This document shows positions 48,847 to 58,480 of a stretch of DNA of 64,000 nt, piece after piece. A program made the position numbers and the translations under genes. Below the pieces are notes generated by a model, which saw only the letters and a list, made by a program, of their open reading frames with translations, was not told the origin of the DNA and ran no database searches. The stretch spans positions 537-64,536 of the forward strand of contig JBDNJA010000113.1 in NCBI GenBank assembly GCA_041688005.1, written 5' to 3'. The DNA is from Gammaproteobacteria bacterium (GTDB lineage: Bacteria > Pseudomonadota > Gammaproteobacteria > GCA-001735895). Every line of letters begins with the position of its first letter. Positions within the stretch are counted from its first letter, which is position 1.

Positions 48847-49250
48847 TAGGTTAATTTCCAGTAGATAGCCGCTTCAAGTGACGATTATACAGATAATTTC
48901 AGGATCGATCAGCTTCTCTATTTAGGGTGGTGCAGCAAAAAAGTCGGCTCTGACATGCGTACCGGTGAATTTTCTGTCGGTGGCAAAATCGAAAGCGTCG
49001 GCAGCGACGCCTAAATCGTCGACAGAGCGTCAGGGGATTTAGAGTCAAACATGGCGCGTAGTTTGAATACGCAAAGCCAGCGCTTTAAAAAAGCTAGTAA
49101 ACCCTCTAATGCTGAACTCTTAGGGACAATTTCGATCTAATCGATTCATCTCTAGGGTATCTAGCTCATGATATTGGGCTTATGATATTTGGCCCAGTAT
49201 GCCAGGCTGGGTATTCTGGGGTTTTTGAACCAAAGGTTTAAGAGGTCGTT

Positions 49251-49880
49251 ATGGTCGCGTCACCGATTGTTATTCCACCCGTTGTAATCCAGGTCTATCG
49301 CTGGGCAGGCAAGTGGGGGCCATTTCAAGTCAATATTCCTTGCGGTGAGTGTTCACTCACTAAAGACATTATTACCGACACAATCGAAGCCGAGCTAGAA
49401 GGCATTCCGGTCGAACTGGATATGCGCGACTGGCTGAGTGAATGGTGGAAGCCATTGCCTAAAGGCGGTTGGCATGCACCAGTTGTGATCGTCGATAAAA
49501 AAATAATCAGTCAAGGTAAAGCGCTGAACCGAGGGGTTCTAACGCAGGCGGTTATCGAAGCTTATGTGAGGTACACGGAAGTGACTGGCAATGTGGTTTT
49601 CGGCAAACAAAGCTGCCCTCATTGCCAGCACGCAAAAACCTATCTTAAACAAGCCGATCTTGATTTTCAGTATAGAGACGTAGTGAAAGAGCCGCGAGCG
49701 CTCTATGAAATGCTCGCCAGAGTAAAGCCTATTGTTGGCCCCAAAACCCCCATCACTGTTCCCCAAATCTGGATCGATGGTGACTATGTCGGCGGCGCGA
49801 GTGACTTAAGCAACCGATTGAAAGTGAAGGTGGAGCCAAATCTCGATCGAGGGCAATGTTCGCTTTCCGCGCCTCGTTAA
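49251..49880 (+). CDS. Two-domain thioredoxin-fold protein with a C-terminal glutaredoxin domain
   Basis: CPHC active site (VVFGKQSCPHCQHAK), ...TVPQIWIDGDYVGGASDL..., and an N-terminal CGEC motif. Confidence 0.7.
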   Translation: MVASPIVIPPVVIQVYRWAGKWGPFQVNIPCGECSLTKDIITDTIEAELEGIPVELDMRDWLSEWWKPLPKGGWHAPVVIVDKKIISQGKALNRGVLTQAVIEAYVRYTEVTGNVVFGKQSCPHCQHAKTYLKQADLDFQYRDVVKEPRALYEMLARVKPIVGPKTPITVPQIWIDGDYVGGASDLSNRLKVKVEPNLDRGQCSLSAPR

Positions 49881-49915
49881 ACTGCCTTGTAGACAGCGCC
49901 TCTGGCAATTCGCTT

Positions 49916-50293
49916 CTATACGGGTAGATCACTCACGTGACTGGAGTTAAAGCGGATAGCAGTACCACCTGGCTCGGTCATAATAAACTCATCGTGAATG
50001 TTGCCCCTTTCGATGTCAGACGGCTTCAAATTTAAATCAGTAAATGCTCGATGGCTGGCATCAATATCATCAACCATCAAGTCGAAGCTAGACATGACTA
50101 ATCCAGAGTCAGGATTGCTGGTAATGACCAAATGTGTTCCACCTCGCATTTCCAATACGGCAATACCGTCGTCTGAAAAAATATCTCGCATGCCAATCGA
50201 TAGCATAAACTCACGCGATGCCATAACCTTGTCGCTGTGCATGGCGACATGTCCAATCCACACGGCAGGCCGTTGATCCTTATTATTCATCAT
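49916..50293 (-). CDS. VOC (glyoxalase/bleomycin-resistance/dioxygenase) family protein
   Basis: Size and beta-alpha-beta-beta-beta pattern (...IGHVAMHS...FM..IGM...). Confidence 0.6.
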   Translation of the reverse strand: MMNNKDQRPAVWIGHVAMHSDKVMASREFMLSIGMRDIFSDDGIAVLEMRGGTHLVITSNPDSGLVMSSFDLMVDDIDASHRAFTDLNLKPSDIERGNIHDEFIMTEPGGTAIRFNSSHVSDLPV

Positions 50294-50648
50294 AGTCTTA
50301 GTCGGGTATCATTTTTGTCAGTTTTAATATTAAAGCTAGTCATCATAGTGATCAAGACGCAATATTTGATATCGTATTTTAAACGATTGCTGCTATAATC
50401 CCGCGTCCTGAATATGCTTAGTTAATTGATATAACATCAAAGGGCATCTCTAAAAATGCGCTTTTTCCGCGATTGCCGCGTCAGCTCCGTGCTCGAATCC
50501 TCATGTACTTCATGTACACAGCGGTTCTTCGCGCGGCGCTTCCTAGCACTCACGAAAAAAATCACTATGTTTACAGACGCCCTAAAGGCAATTCAGGCAG
50601 CGGCATTAGAGCTAACAGAATATTTCAACTTTCAACGCCTAATTTGGC

Positions 50649-50677
50649 TTGTCAAGGTTGGTTTTATCCGTTAGTAT
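50649..50677 (+). promoter_or_regulatory. Candidate sigma70 promoter for rplM-rpsI (TTGTCA-17 nt-TAGTAT)
   Basis: The hexamers and 17-nt spacer are seen directly, about 55 nt upstream of the rplM start. Confidence 0.45.
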
Positions 50678-50733
50678 TCGCGCCCTTTGTTGAAGAAGCC
50701 AAAGCGTAATAATGACGCTTAACAGGAATTAGT

Positions 50734-51162
50734 ATGAAAACCTTTAGTGCCAAGCAAGAAACTGTTAAACGAGAGTGGTTCGTTATCGATGCTACTGATA
50801 AGATCCTAGGTCGTTTGTCGACAGAGATTGCGCGTCGTTTACGTGGTAAACATAAGCCAGAATATACGCCCCATGTCGATACAGGTGATTACATCGTAAT
50901 CGTCAATGCAGACAAAGTGCGTGTTACCGGCAACAAAGAGCAAAACAAGATTTATTATCATCACACAGGTTTTATCGGAAGTTTGAAATCAGTCAATCTT
51001 GCAAAGCTGCGTAAAGAGCATCCTGAAAGAATACTCGAAAAGTCAGTTAAGGGAATGTTACCAAAAAATTCACTTGGCCGGACTATGTTTAAAAAGCTGA
51101 AAGTTTATGCTGGTGCAACACATGAGCATGCAGCACAACAACCACAGCCACTAGAAATTTAA
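50734..51162 (+). CDS. rplM: 50S ribosomal protein L13
   Basis: [28 protein letters not shown]... Confidence 0.97.
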   Translation: MKTFSAKQETVKREWFVIDATDKILGRLSTEIARRLRGKHKPEYTPHVDTGDYIVIVNADKVRVTGNKEQNKIYYHHTGFIGSLKSVNLAKLRKEHPERILEKSVKGMLPKNSLGRTMFKKLKVYAGATHEHAAQQPQPLEI

Positions 51163-51177
51163 AGGGTCGTTATTATT

Positions 51178-51570
51178 ATGTCAGCCGAACAATATTATGG
51201 TACTGGTCGTCGCAAGAGTTCAGCAGCACGAGTTTATTTAACTGCTGGTAAAGGCGCGATTACAGTCAACAAGAAAAGCATCGAAGATTATTTTGGGCGT
51301 GAAACCTCACGTATGGTTATTCGTCAGCCATTAGAAACTGTTGATATGTTAGAAACTTTCGACATCAATGTCAGCGTTGCTGGTGGCGGCCCAAGCGGAC
51401 AAGCTGGTGCCATTCGTTTGGGCATTACCCGTGCATTAATGCAGTACGACGAAACATTTCGTCCAGCATTGCGTAAAGAAGGTTTTGTTACACGCGATGC
51501 GAGAGCAGTAGAACGTAAGAAAGTCGGCCTGCGTAAAGCACGTCGTGGCGTTCAGTTCTCTAAGCGTTAA
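51178..51570 (+). CDS. rpsI: 30S ribosomal protein S9
   Basis: ...[16 protein letters not shown]... and ...[14 protein letters not shown]. Confidence 0.97.
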   Translation: MSAEQYYGTGRRKSSAARVYLTAGKGAITVNKKSIEDYFGRETSRMVIRQPLETVDMLETFDINVSVAGGGPSGQAGAIRLGITRALMQYDETFRPALRKEGFVTRDARAVERKKVGLRKARRGVQFSKR

Positions 51571-51591
51571 GACGGAAGTTACAAGTTTTGG

Positions 51592-51621
51592 AAAAAGCCT
51601 GCTTTATGCAGGCTTTTTTTT
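51592..51621 (+). terminator. Rho-independent terminator after rpsI
   Basis: AAAAAGCCTGC-TTTAT-GCAGGCTTTTTTTT. Confidence 0.85.
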
Positions 51622-51835
51622 GCCTGTGATTTGAATTCCTGGTATTTATGTTTCGTACGCCAGCACAGGTAAGTATTCGCCTCGTGGCGGTTTTATTGCC
51701 GGCATGGGGGGCGCAGGGGCGAGAACATATGTCCATGGATGGACGGTATTAGAACAACGCAGGAGCAGTTGTCGAGGATGCGCTAAGCTTTGGTACTTTT
51801 CCAGCGGTTGGAAAAAGGCACGCTCCAGCGCGACC

Positions 51836-52498
51836 TTAGGTAAAAACCTTTCGAGCACCATCATCTTCCCCAAGAATCAAAACATCCGCTGGACGATGCG
51901 CAAATAAACCTACGCAGACAACGCCAGTCATTTGATTGATTTGATTCTCTAACGCAAGCGGCTCTTCAATTTGAAGGCCGTGCAAGTCGAGGATGATATT
52001 GCCATTATCAGTCACAAAACCTTCTCTTAGTTTTGCTTCACAGCCAAGTTTTTCTAACTGTCTAGCGACTAGATTTTGAGCCATTGGAATGACTTCGACT
52101 GGTAGCGGGAAGTCGCCGAGTACATTAACCAGCTTACTGGCATCCGCAATACAAATGAATTCATCACTGGCGGCGGCAATGATTTTTTCGCGAGTGAGTG
52201 CGCCACCACCGCCTTTGATCAAATGTAATTGATGATTAGATTCATCAGCACCATCGACATAGATAGACAAGCGCCCAGCCTCATTGAGATCGATGACTGG
52301 TATGCCGTATTTTTGCATGCGTTCGGTTGAAGCAACCGAGCTGGAGACTGCCGCTTTTATTTGCCCTTTAAAATTTTCAGCGATTAAATCGATGAAATGA
52401 TTAACCGTCGATCCAGTTCCGACGCCGATAATGGTGTTTGGTTTGATATAGTCGAGTGCAGCCTGTGCGGCTACTATTTTTTTCTCATCTGGGGTCAT
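51836..52498 (-). CDS. rpiA: Ribose-5-phosphate isomerase A
   Basis: ...[15 protein letters not shown]... and ...DGADE......[13 protein letters not shown]... Confidence 0.95.
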   Translation of the reverse strand: MTPDEKKIVAAQAALDYIKPNTIIGVGTGSTVNHFIDLIAENFKGQIKAAVSSSVASTERMQKYGIPVIDLNEAGRLSIYVDGADESNHQLHLIKGGGGALTREKIIAAASDEFICIADASKLVNVLGDFPLPVEVIPMAQNLVARQLEKLGCEAKLREGFVTDNGNIILDLHGLQIEEPLALENQINQMTGVVCVGLFAHRPADVLILGEDDGARKVFT

Positions 52499-52677
52499 TA
52501 AAGTCGTCCAATGCTAGGGTTTGGCGCATCTTATCGACTAGATAATTAATTGTCATGCAAATCCTATTTATCAAGCATGTTTACTTGCATAATAATTGAC
52601 CCGCTAGAGTTGACTTTGTTAGTCCCTCAAGCACAATCGGTCACTCTTTTTAATTTAATGCTAAAGCGACTCAGGTT

Positions 52678-54201
52678 ATGGTACGACAACAGTTTTTGAA
52701 AAAAGTACTCACGGCAAGAGTGTACGATCTCGCACGCGAAACATCCTTAGACTACATGGGTCGAATTTCGAACCGCACTGGTAATAAAGTTTGGCTTAAG
52801 CGAGAAGACTTACAACCAGTGTTCTCTTTTAAGGTTCGTGGTGCATTTAATAAAATATATCAAATGCGAAGAGCTAACCCGGAGCTATCGGGTGTTATTA
52901 CCGCATCTGCAGGGAACCATGCACAGGGAGTGGCGCTATCAGCCAAAAAACTCGGCCTTAAAGCCATTATCGTGATGCCAGTAACAACGCCTGACATAAA
53001 AGTATCCGCGGTTAAAAGCTATGGTGCTAAGGCGATATTGCATGGTGAGGACTTCGATGCCGCAAAAGCATACGCATTAGAAATGTGCGAAAAAGAAGGG
53101 CTAGCCTTTATTCATCCATTCGATGATGTGGATGTGATGGCAGGGCAAGGGACCATTGCACACGAAATCATTCGACAGCACCCCGATCATATCGATGCTA
53201 TTTTTGTCCCAGTCGGTGGCGGTGGATTAGCCGCAGGCATCGCTGGCTTTCTAAAGGCCGTTAGACCCGAAATTAAGATCATTGCAGTAGAGCCAGACGA
53301 TTCAGCCTGTTTTTACGAGGCCAGAAAGGCTGGGCGTCGAGTGACTTTAAAAGAGGTGGGTACATTCGCCGATGGCGTCGCCGTTAAACAGATAGGCAAG
53401 CATACATTTGACATGCTTAAAAACCTGGCGGATGACTCTATCATGGTCACCACCGATCAAATCTGTGCCGCGATTAAAGATACCTTTGAAGATACTCGGG
53501 CGATATGCGAACCCGCTGGTGCGGTGTCTCTGGCCGGGCTTAAAAAGTATGCCGACATGCATGGGTTACGTGGACAAACACTGATTGCTATCAATAGTGG
53601 CGCTAATATGAACTTTGATCGCTTACGCCACGTTGCTGAACGTGCAGAAATAGGTGAGGATCGAGAAGCGTTGCTCGCGGTGCAAATTCCGGAACGTCCG
53701 GGGAGCTTTAAAGAGTTTTGCCAGTTAATTGGTAAACGTTCTATTACTGAGTTCAACTATCGTTATTCTGACGACAATCTGGCCCGTGTTTTTGCGGGTA
53801 TTCAACTTAGTAAGGGCGCTGACGAAAAAAAACAATTTATCGAACAATTACAAACGCATGGCTACTCTGTGGTGGATATGACTCAAAATGAAGTAGCTAA
53901 GTTACATACCCGTTATATGGTAGGCGGGCATCCTGGCGGTGGTGTGAATAATGAGCTGTTATATCGATTTCAGTTCCCAGAAAAGCCAGGCGCGCTATTA
54001 AATTTTTTAATGAAGATGGGCAAGAAGTGGAATATCAGTTTGTTTCATTATCGCAATCACGGCTCAAATTTCGGCCGAATACTGATGGGCTTTCAGGTTG
54101 AAAAGGCAGATTATAAAGCATTTAACGCATTTCTAGTGGGCTTGAATATTCCGTATTGGAATGAAACTGAAAATGATGCTTATCAATTATTTTTGAAGTA
54201 A
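52678..54201 (+). CDS. ilvA: Biosynthetic threonine ammonia-lyase (threonine dehydratase) with two C-terminal regulatory domains
   Basis: PLP-lysine context ...QPVFSFKVRGAFN..., ...SAGNHAQGVA..., and a 507-aa length. Confidence 0.95.
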   Translation: MVRQQFLKKVLTARVYDLARETSLDYMGRISNRTGNKVWLKREDLQPVFSFKVRGAFNKIYQMRRANPELSGVITASAGNHAQGVALSAKKLGLKAIIVMPVTTPDIKVSAVKSYGAKAILHGEDFDAAKAYALEMCEKEGLAFIHPFDDVDVMAGQGTIAHEIIRQHPDHIDAIFVPVGGGGLAAGIAGFLKAVRPEIKIIAVEPDDSACFYEARKAGRRVTLKEVGTFADGVAVKQIGKHTFDMLKNLADDSIMVTTDQICAAIKDTFEDTRAICEPAGAVSLAGLKKYADMHGLRGQTLIAINSGANMNFDRLRHVAERAEIGEDREALLAVQIPERPGSFKEFCQLIGKRSITEFNYRYSDDNLARVFAGIQLSKGADEKKQFIEQLQTHGYSVVDMTQNEVAKLHTRYMVGGHPGGGVNNELLYRFQFPEKPGALLNFLMKMGKKWNISLFHYRNHGSNFGRILMGFQVEKADYKAFNAFLVGLNIPYWNETENDAYQLFLK

Positions 54202-54295
54202 ACCGATGTCGACTTAAGGTTGTTTCTGAGAGAAATGAGTTAAGTGACGGAAATTGCTATTTAAGATATTAATTGACTAGAAAGAACATACTAAA

Positions 54296-54487
54296 AAGAA
54301 TACCAACCACGATGCCGTCGCAAATCTATCAACCTTGAACCTAAGGTTCAGGTGGGGTTATTGACAACCTCATCAGGCTTCCCGACGAATCGGGCATGCA
54401 CACCAGCGTTGTACGAAAGACCCCGAGGCGGATAAAACGGCTCAAGGATTTTGATGGCTGCTAACGAACATCGCAGTAGGTATAAAT
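54296..54487 (-). ncRNA. ssrS: 6S RNA
   Basis: The minus strand reads ...CUGCGAUGUUCG...CCUUGAGCCG...GCAUGCCCGAUUCGUCGGGAAGCCU...CACCUGAACCUUAGGUUCAAGG...GCGACGGCAUCGUGG... This parallels the E. coli 6S blocks GAUGUUCG / CCUGAGCCG / GCAUGCUCGGUCCGUCCGAGAAGCCU / CACCUUGAACCAAGGGUUCAAGG / GCGGCGGCAUC. The 5' and 3' ends can pair as a closing stem. It lies immediately downstream of zapA, as in other gammaproteobacteria. The ends are approximate, within about 5 nt. Confidence 0.85.
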
Positions 54488-54520
54488 CTACTATACGCTT
54501 GATGAAGACGAAAAGTAAAT

Positions 54521-54832
54521 TTAATTTTTTAATGACTCTGACTGTTCAAGAACACGTGAAATTTTGGTTTCGAGGCTTTTTAATCGGGGCGATAAATCGT
54601 CACTGATGCCTTTCACGGCGTCGCTGGTGCTAAGAAAATCGTTGGCAATATTTAATGCGGTAATGACCGCGATACGTTCCGACCCGAGGATGTTGCCGTT
54701 GTCGCGAACTTCGCGCATTTTCTCGTCCAGGTATTTCGCCGACGCTAGCAGCGCGGTCTGTTCGCCGACAGGGCAAGCGATCTTATATTCTTTGTCGAGA
54801 ATAGTGATGCTAATCGGTTGTGGACTGCTCAT
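54521..54832 (-). CDS. zapA: Cell division protein ZapA
   Basis: ...ISITILDKEYKIACPVGEQTALLASAKYLDEKMREVR... Confidence 0.9.
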   Translation of the reverse strand: MSSPQPISITILDKEYKIACPVGEQTALLASAKYLDEKMREVRDNGNILGSERIAVITALNIANDFLSTSDAVKGISDDLSPRLKSLETKISRVLEQSESLKN

Positions 54833-55059
54833 GAGCCTAACTCAAGTGAGCGTAATCTTGAAATCATTGCTTCAACCCGGGTTCTTGCCGTTTCGGTTTT
54901 TTCGAATAATTGGGAACGCTCGGTCACCAGTTTTTCCTGTTGTTGGCGCAGGCTGGTATTTTCATTTTTTAATGACCCAACCGTGTCGATTAACTGGTCG
55001 ATACGCTGTTCCAGCTGGCGAAGGTCATTTTCGGTAAAAAGCGTTTTATTTGAATCCAT
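54829..55059 (-). CDS. Small coiled-coil protein (TIGR02449/ZapB-like) upstream of zapA
   Basis: Heptad-rich sequence ...LRQLEQRIDQLIDTVGSLKNENTSLRQQQEKLVTERSQLFEK... It overlaps the zapA start by 4 nt. I prefer the ATG at 55059 over the TTG at 55086. Confidence 0.7.
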   Translation of the reverse strand: MDSNKTLFTENDLRQLEQRIDQLIDTVGSLKNENTSLRQQQEKLVTERSQLFEKTETARTRVEAMISRLRSLELGS

Positions 55060-55323
55060 AAGTGAATCATCGTGCTTAAAATACAATCAGTCAACCGATG
55101 TGTATTTTTTGCCAGCTATGTGAGTGGTAGAATACAATAATGAGTAACGACTCACTCGCGTTTGGCATAGCTCATCTCAGCGTTAAATGAACATTTATAC
55201 TAGTAAACTCATATTTTTCGCCTTGATCTAAGCTATGACAGAAGCAATCCGAGCTGTTACTGTTAATTCCGACTACTTCTTAGAGTAGTTTTTAAAATTA
55301 TACAAATTTATAGGTTTTCTACA

Positions 55324-55878
55324 ATGCCGGAATTTGATTCAGTGCAAAATGCACTCGAAAAACTGGGTGCTACCGTCGATGCATCGGAGTCTCACGGAAC
55401 CCTTTGTGGACTATTATTGGATAATTGCGGGATGGCAGTGTGGTTGCAGCATACGCTCGACGAGCTGCCGAGTAGCGCCAATGTCTTAGCCGTCGAACAT
55501 TTACAGGTGCTCAAGCAGCTATTCGAGAGTAGTCGCGAACAGTTAAACACCGAGGATTTATCTTTTGAGTTATTACTGCCTGACGATTCGGATGATTTTG
55601 GTGTCCAGTTGTTAGGATTGTCGACATGGTGTGTTGGATTTTTATATGGATTAGGTGTCATATTCAAAAGTGAAGCAAAGAACAATTCGAAAGAATTGGA
55701 CGAGCAGTCGCAAGAGTGTTTGTCTGATTTACTCGAAATAAGTAAACTCGATCACGACGAAATTGAAAGCCCTGAAACTGAAGGCCAGTTAGTTGAAATT
55801 GTCGAGCATGTACGGATGTCTGTTTTGTTTTTAAACGAAGCCATCAATCGTGTCATGCCCGCACCACCACTGCAGTAA
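55324..55878 (+). CDS. ygfB: UPF0149-family protein YgfB
   Basis: Acidic protein of about 184 aa at the conserved position upstream of pepP, with ...SESHGTLCGLL... and ...WC.GFL.G... Confidence 0.8.
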   Translation: MPEFDSVQNALEKLGATVDASESHGTLCGLLLDNCGMAVWLQHTLDELPSSANVLAVEHLQVLKQLFESSREQLNTEDLSFELLLPDDSDDFGVQLLGLSTWCVGFLYGLGVIFKSEAKNNSKELDEQSQECLSDLLEISKLDHDEIESPETEGQLVEIVEHVRMSVLFLNEAINRVMPAPPLQ

Positions 55879-55886
55879 AAAATAGT

Positions 55887-57197
55887 ATGAAACAATCAGA
55901 ATTTAAGCGCCGTCGCGCCCAGTTGATGAAGATGATGGGTAAAAATAGCATCGCTATCTTACCGTCATCATCAGAGGTAGCCCGTAACCGTGATGTCGAC
56001 TTTCCGTTCCGACAGGATAGTGATTTTCTATATCTAACCGGGTTTAACGAACCCGATGCCGTGGTTGTTTTGGCTCCAGGTCGAAAGCATGGACAGTATA
56101 TTTTATTCTGTCGCGAAAAAGACCCCAAACAGGAAACCTGGCATGGCAGGCGAGCAGGGCAGGAAGGGGCCATCGAAACTTATGGTGCCGATGATTCTTT
56201 CCCTATCGACGACATAGACGATATTTTACCCGGACTGCTAGAAGGCCGAGAGAGTATTTACAATGTGATGGGCCTGTCCCCTGAGTTTGACCAAAGATTG
56301 ATCGGTTGGGTGAGTCATATCAAAGCCCAGTCACGCAATGGTATGCAGGTGCCATCTGAATTTTTGGCGCTGGATTTTATTTTGCACGATATGCGCCTAT
56401 TCAAGAGCAAGGCCGAGTTGAAGTTGATGCGTGAGGCGGCGGCTATCAATGTTGTCGCCCATAAAAGAGCGATGCAGATATGCGAGCCAGGCCAATATGA
56501 ATATCAGGTAGCGGCCGAATTTGATCATGAATTCAAACGAAACAATACCGAACATGCGTACCCGGCCATTGTCGGCGGGGGGGCTAACAGCTGTATTCTG
56601 CATTACACCGAAAATACCGAAGTGCTCAACGATGGTGACTTATTACTCATCGATGCAGGCTGCGAAGTGCAGGGTTATGCGTCGGATATTTCACGTACCT
56701 TTCCCGTTAACGGAAAATACAGTGCCGCTCAGCGTGAGGTTTACGAGATAGTGTTAGCCGCACAAACGGCAGCGATTAAAAAGGTAAAGCCGGGTAATCA
56801 TTGGAATGATGCGCACCAAACAGCCGTGCGTGTGATTACCAAAGGCTTGATCGAGATGAAGTTACTCAAGGGCACGCTGTCAAAATTGATTAAAGAGCAG
56901 GCCTATCGGCGTTTTTACATGCATCGTACTGGTCACTGGCTGGGGCTTGACGTACACGATGTCGGCGATTACAAAGTGGGTGATCAATGGCGTCTGTTAG
57001 AACCTGGCATGGTATTAACTGTTGAACCCGGTATTTATATTCCCGCGAATAGTAAGTCGGTCCACCGCAAATGGTGGGATATCGGTATTCGCATCGAGGA
57101 TGACGTGTTAGTCACCAACACCGGTTGCGAGGTGCTAACCGAAGCGCTGCCAAGAAAAATTGACGAAATCGAAGCCTTGATGGCGAGTCGCAAGTAA
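55887..57197 (+). CDS. pepP: Xaa-Pro aminopeptidase
   Basis: ...FRQDSDFLYLTGF.EPDAV... and metal ligands in ...LIDAGCE..GYASDI.RTFP... and ...HGLGLDVHD... Confidence 0.95.
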   Translation: MKQSEFKRRRAQLMKMMGKNSIAILPSSSEVARNRDVDFPFRQDSDFLYLTGFNEPDAVVVLAPGRKHGQYILFCREKDPKQETWHGRRAGQEGAIETYGADDSFPIDDIDDILPGLLEGRESIYNVMGLSPEFDQRLIGWVSHIKAQSRNGMQVPSEFLALDFILHDMRLFKSKAELKLMREAAAINVVAHKRAMQICEPGQYEYQVAAEFDHEFKRNNTEHAYPAIVGGGANSCILHYTENTEVLNDGDLLLIDAGCEVQGYASDISRTFPVNGKYSAAQREVYEIVLAAQTAAIKKVKPGNHWNDAHQTAVRVITKGLIEMKLLKGTLSKLIKEQAYRRFYMHRTGHWLGLDVHDVGDYKVGDQWRLLEPGMVLTVEPGIYIPANSKSVHRKWWDIGIRIEDDVLVTNTGCEVLTEALPRKIDEIEALMASRK

Positions 57198-57211
57198 GCT
57201 GGCCCTAAACA

Positions 57212-58480
57212 ATGGATACATCGATAATAGGTAGTTCGCAAAAACAAGAGAGTATTGCCATTGTTGGTGGTGGTCTGATCGGTTTATGTGCCGCATTGGC
57301 ACTGCAACACTCTAGCCAACACCCTGGCCGAGCCGTTTCGGTTATCGAATCGAGCTCATTGTTGCAAAGCGAAAAAGATCCAACCGGTCTCAATACGCGT
57401 TCAATCGCCTTGTCTTATGCTAGCGTCCAAATTTTTAAGGCGCTGGATATCTGGAACGAGGTGAAGCACTTAGCCGCACCGATTCGAACCATTCATGTCT
57501 CGTCGAAAGGGCATTGGGGCGTCAGTCGTTTAAAAGCATCCGATTACGATCTCGACGCACTGGGTTATGTCATCGAAAGCCAATTGCTTGGCAACTGCCT
57601 ACTTGAAAAAATCAACCAGTCAAAATCAATTAAGCTCTTTACTCTCTCTACGTTTGAGTCCATCGAAGTCGAGGAGACTGTACAACTCAGTTACCGAAGT
57701 CCTGAAGGCATTAACAAATTACAGGCAGATCTAGTATTGATAGCCGATGGTGCGCAATCGAAGGCCAGAGAAAGCCTCGGCATCAAGCACGAGACCATCG
57801 ATTATGTGCAGTCTGCCATCATCACCAATGTTTGTTTCGACAAGCCAATTGCAGCCGCCGCTTTCGAACGATTTACCGAATCGGGGCCCTTGGCGATGCT
57901 ACCGCTCGGCCACAATCGATACGCCTGCGTCTGGACTTGCAAGCCTGATGCTGCACTCAAATTGATGGCGCTGGATGATGCGGCATTTATGCAATCGTTA
58001 CAGCAGTGCTTTGGCTTTCGACTTGGGTTTATCGAACAAGTAGGCAAACGATTTAGTTTCCCATTACAACGAACCGAGGCAAAATCGTTAACTGAAAATC
58101 GCTGCGTGATGGTTGGAAATGCGGCCAATGCATTGCACCCGGTGGCTGGGCAGGGGTTTAACCTAGGTCTGCGCGATATTGCAAGCTTGCAAGGTTTGCT
58201 GGAAGGCCAGTCGATTGCAGATCAGATAGCTAACCCAGAAACATTATCGCAACTGCTGGCAGCATACGAGCAGTTAAGGCAGTCCGAACAAACGCAGGTG
58301 ATACGTTTAGGCGATGGTCTGGTAAGCCTGTTCTCGAATGATTTACCCTTGCTTAACCACCTTCGTTCAGCCGCTTTAGGCTTGCTCGATATAATACCTG
58401 GGTTGAAATCCGAAGTGGCGCTATCAGGCATGGGTTTAGCGACAGGTGGCAACGCTATGGTGCGAGGCCATTTGAGATGA
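57212..58480 (+). CDS. ubiH: 2-octaprenyl-6-methoxyphenol hydroxylase (FAD-dependent, UbiH family)
   Basis: IAIVGGGLIGL..., ...IADGAQS..R... and ...GNAANALHPVAGQGFNLGLRD..., plus pepP-ubiH synteny. Confidence 0.85.
   Translation: MDTSIIGSSQKQESIAIVGGGLIGLCAALALQHSSQHPGRAVSVIESSSLLQSEKDPTGLNTRSIALSYASVQIFKALDIWNEVKHLAAPIRTIHVSSKGHWGVSRLKASDYDLDALGYVIESQLLGNCLLEKINQSKSIKLFTLSTFESIEVEETVQLSYRSPEGINKLQADLVLIADGAQSKARESLGIKHETIDYVQSAIITNVCFDKPIAAAAFERFTESGPLAMLPLGHNRYACVWTCKPDAALKLMALDDAAFMQSLQQCFGFRLGFIEQVGKRFSFPLQRTEAKSLTENRCVMVGNAANALHPVAGQGFNLGLRDIASLQGLLEGQSIADQIANPETLSQLLAAYEQLRQSEQTQVIRLGDGLVSLFSNDLPLLNHLRSAALGLLDIIPGLKSEVALSGMGLATGGNAMVRGHLR

Noticed and set aside
50456-50709. Two overlapping 72- and 78-aa ORFs upstream of rplM.
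   Set aside because: They overlap each other in different frames and span a GC-rich repeat-like block and the predicted rplM promoter. They show no coding signatures.
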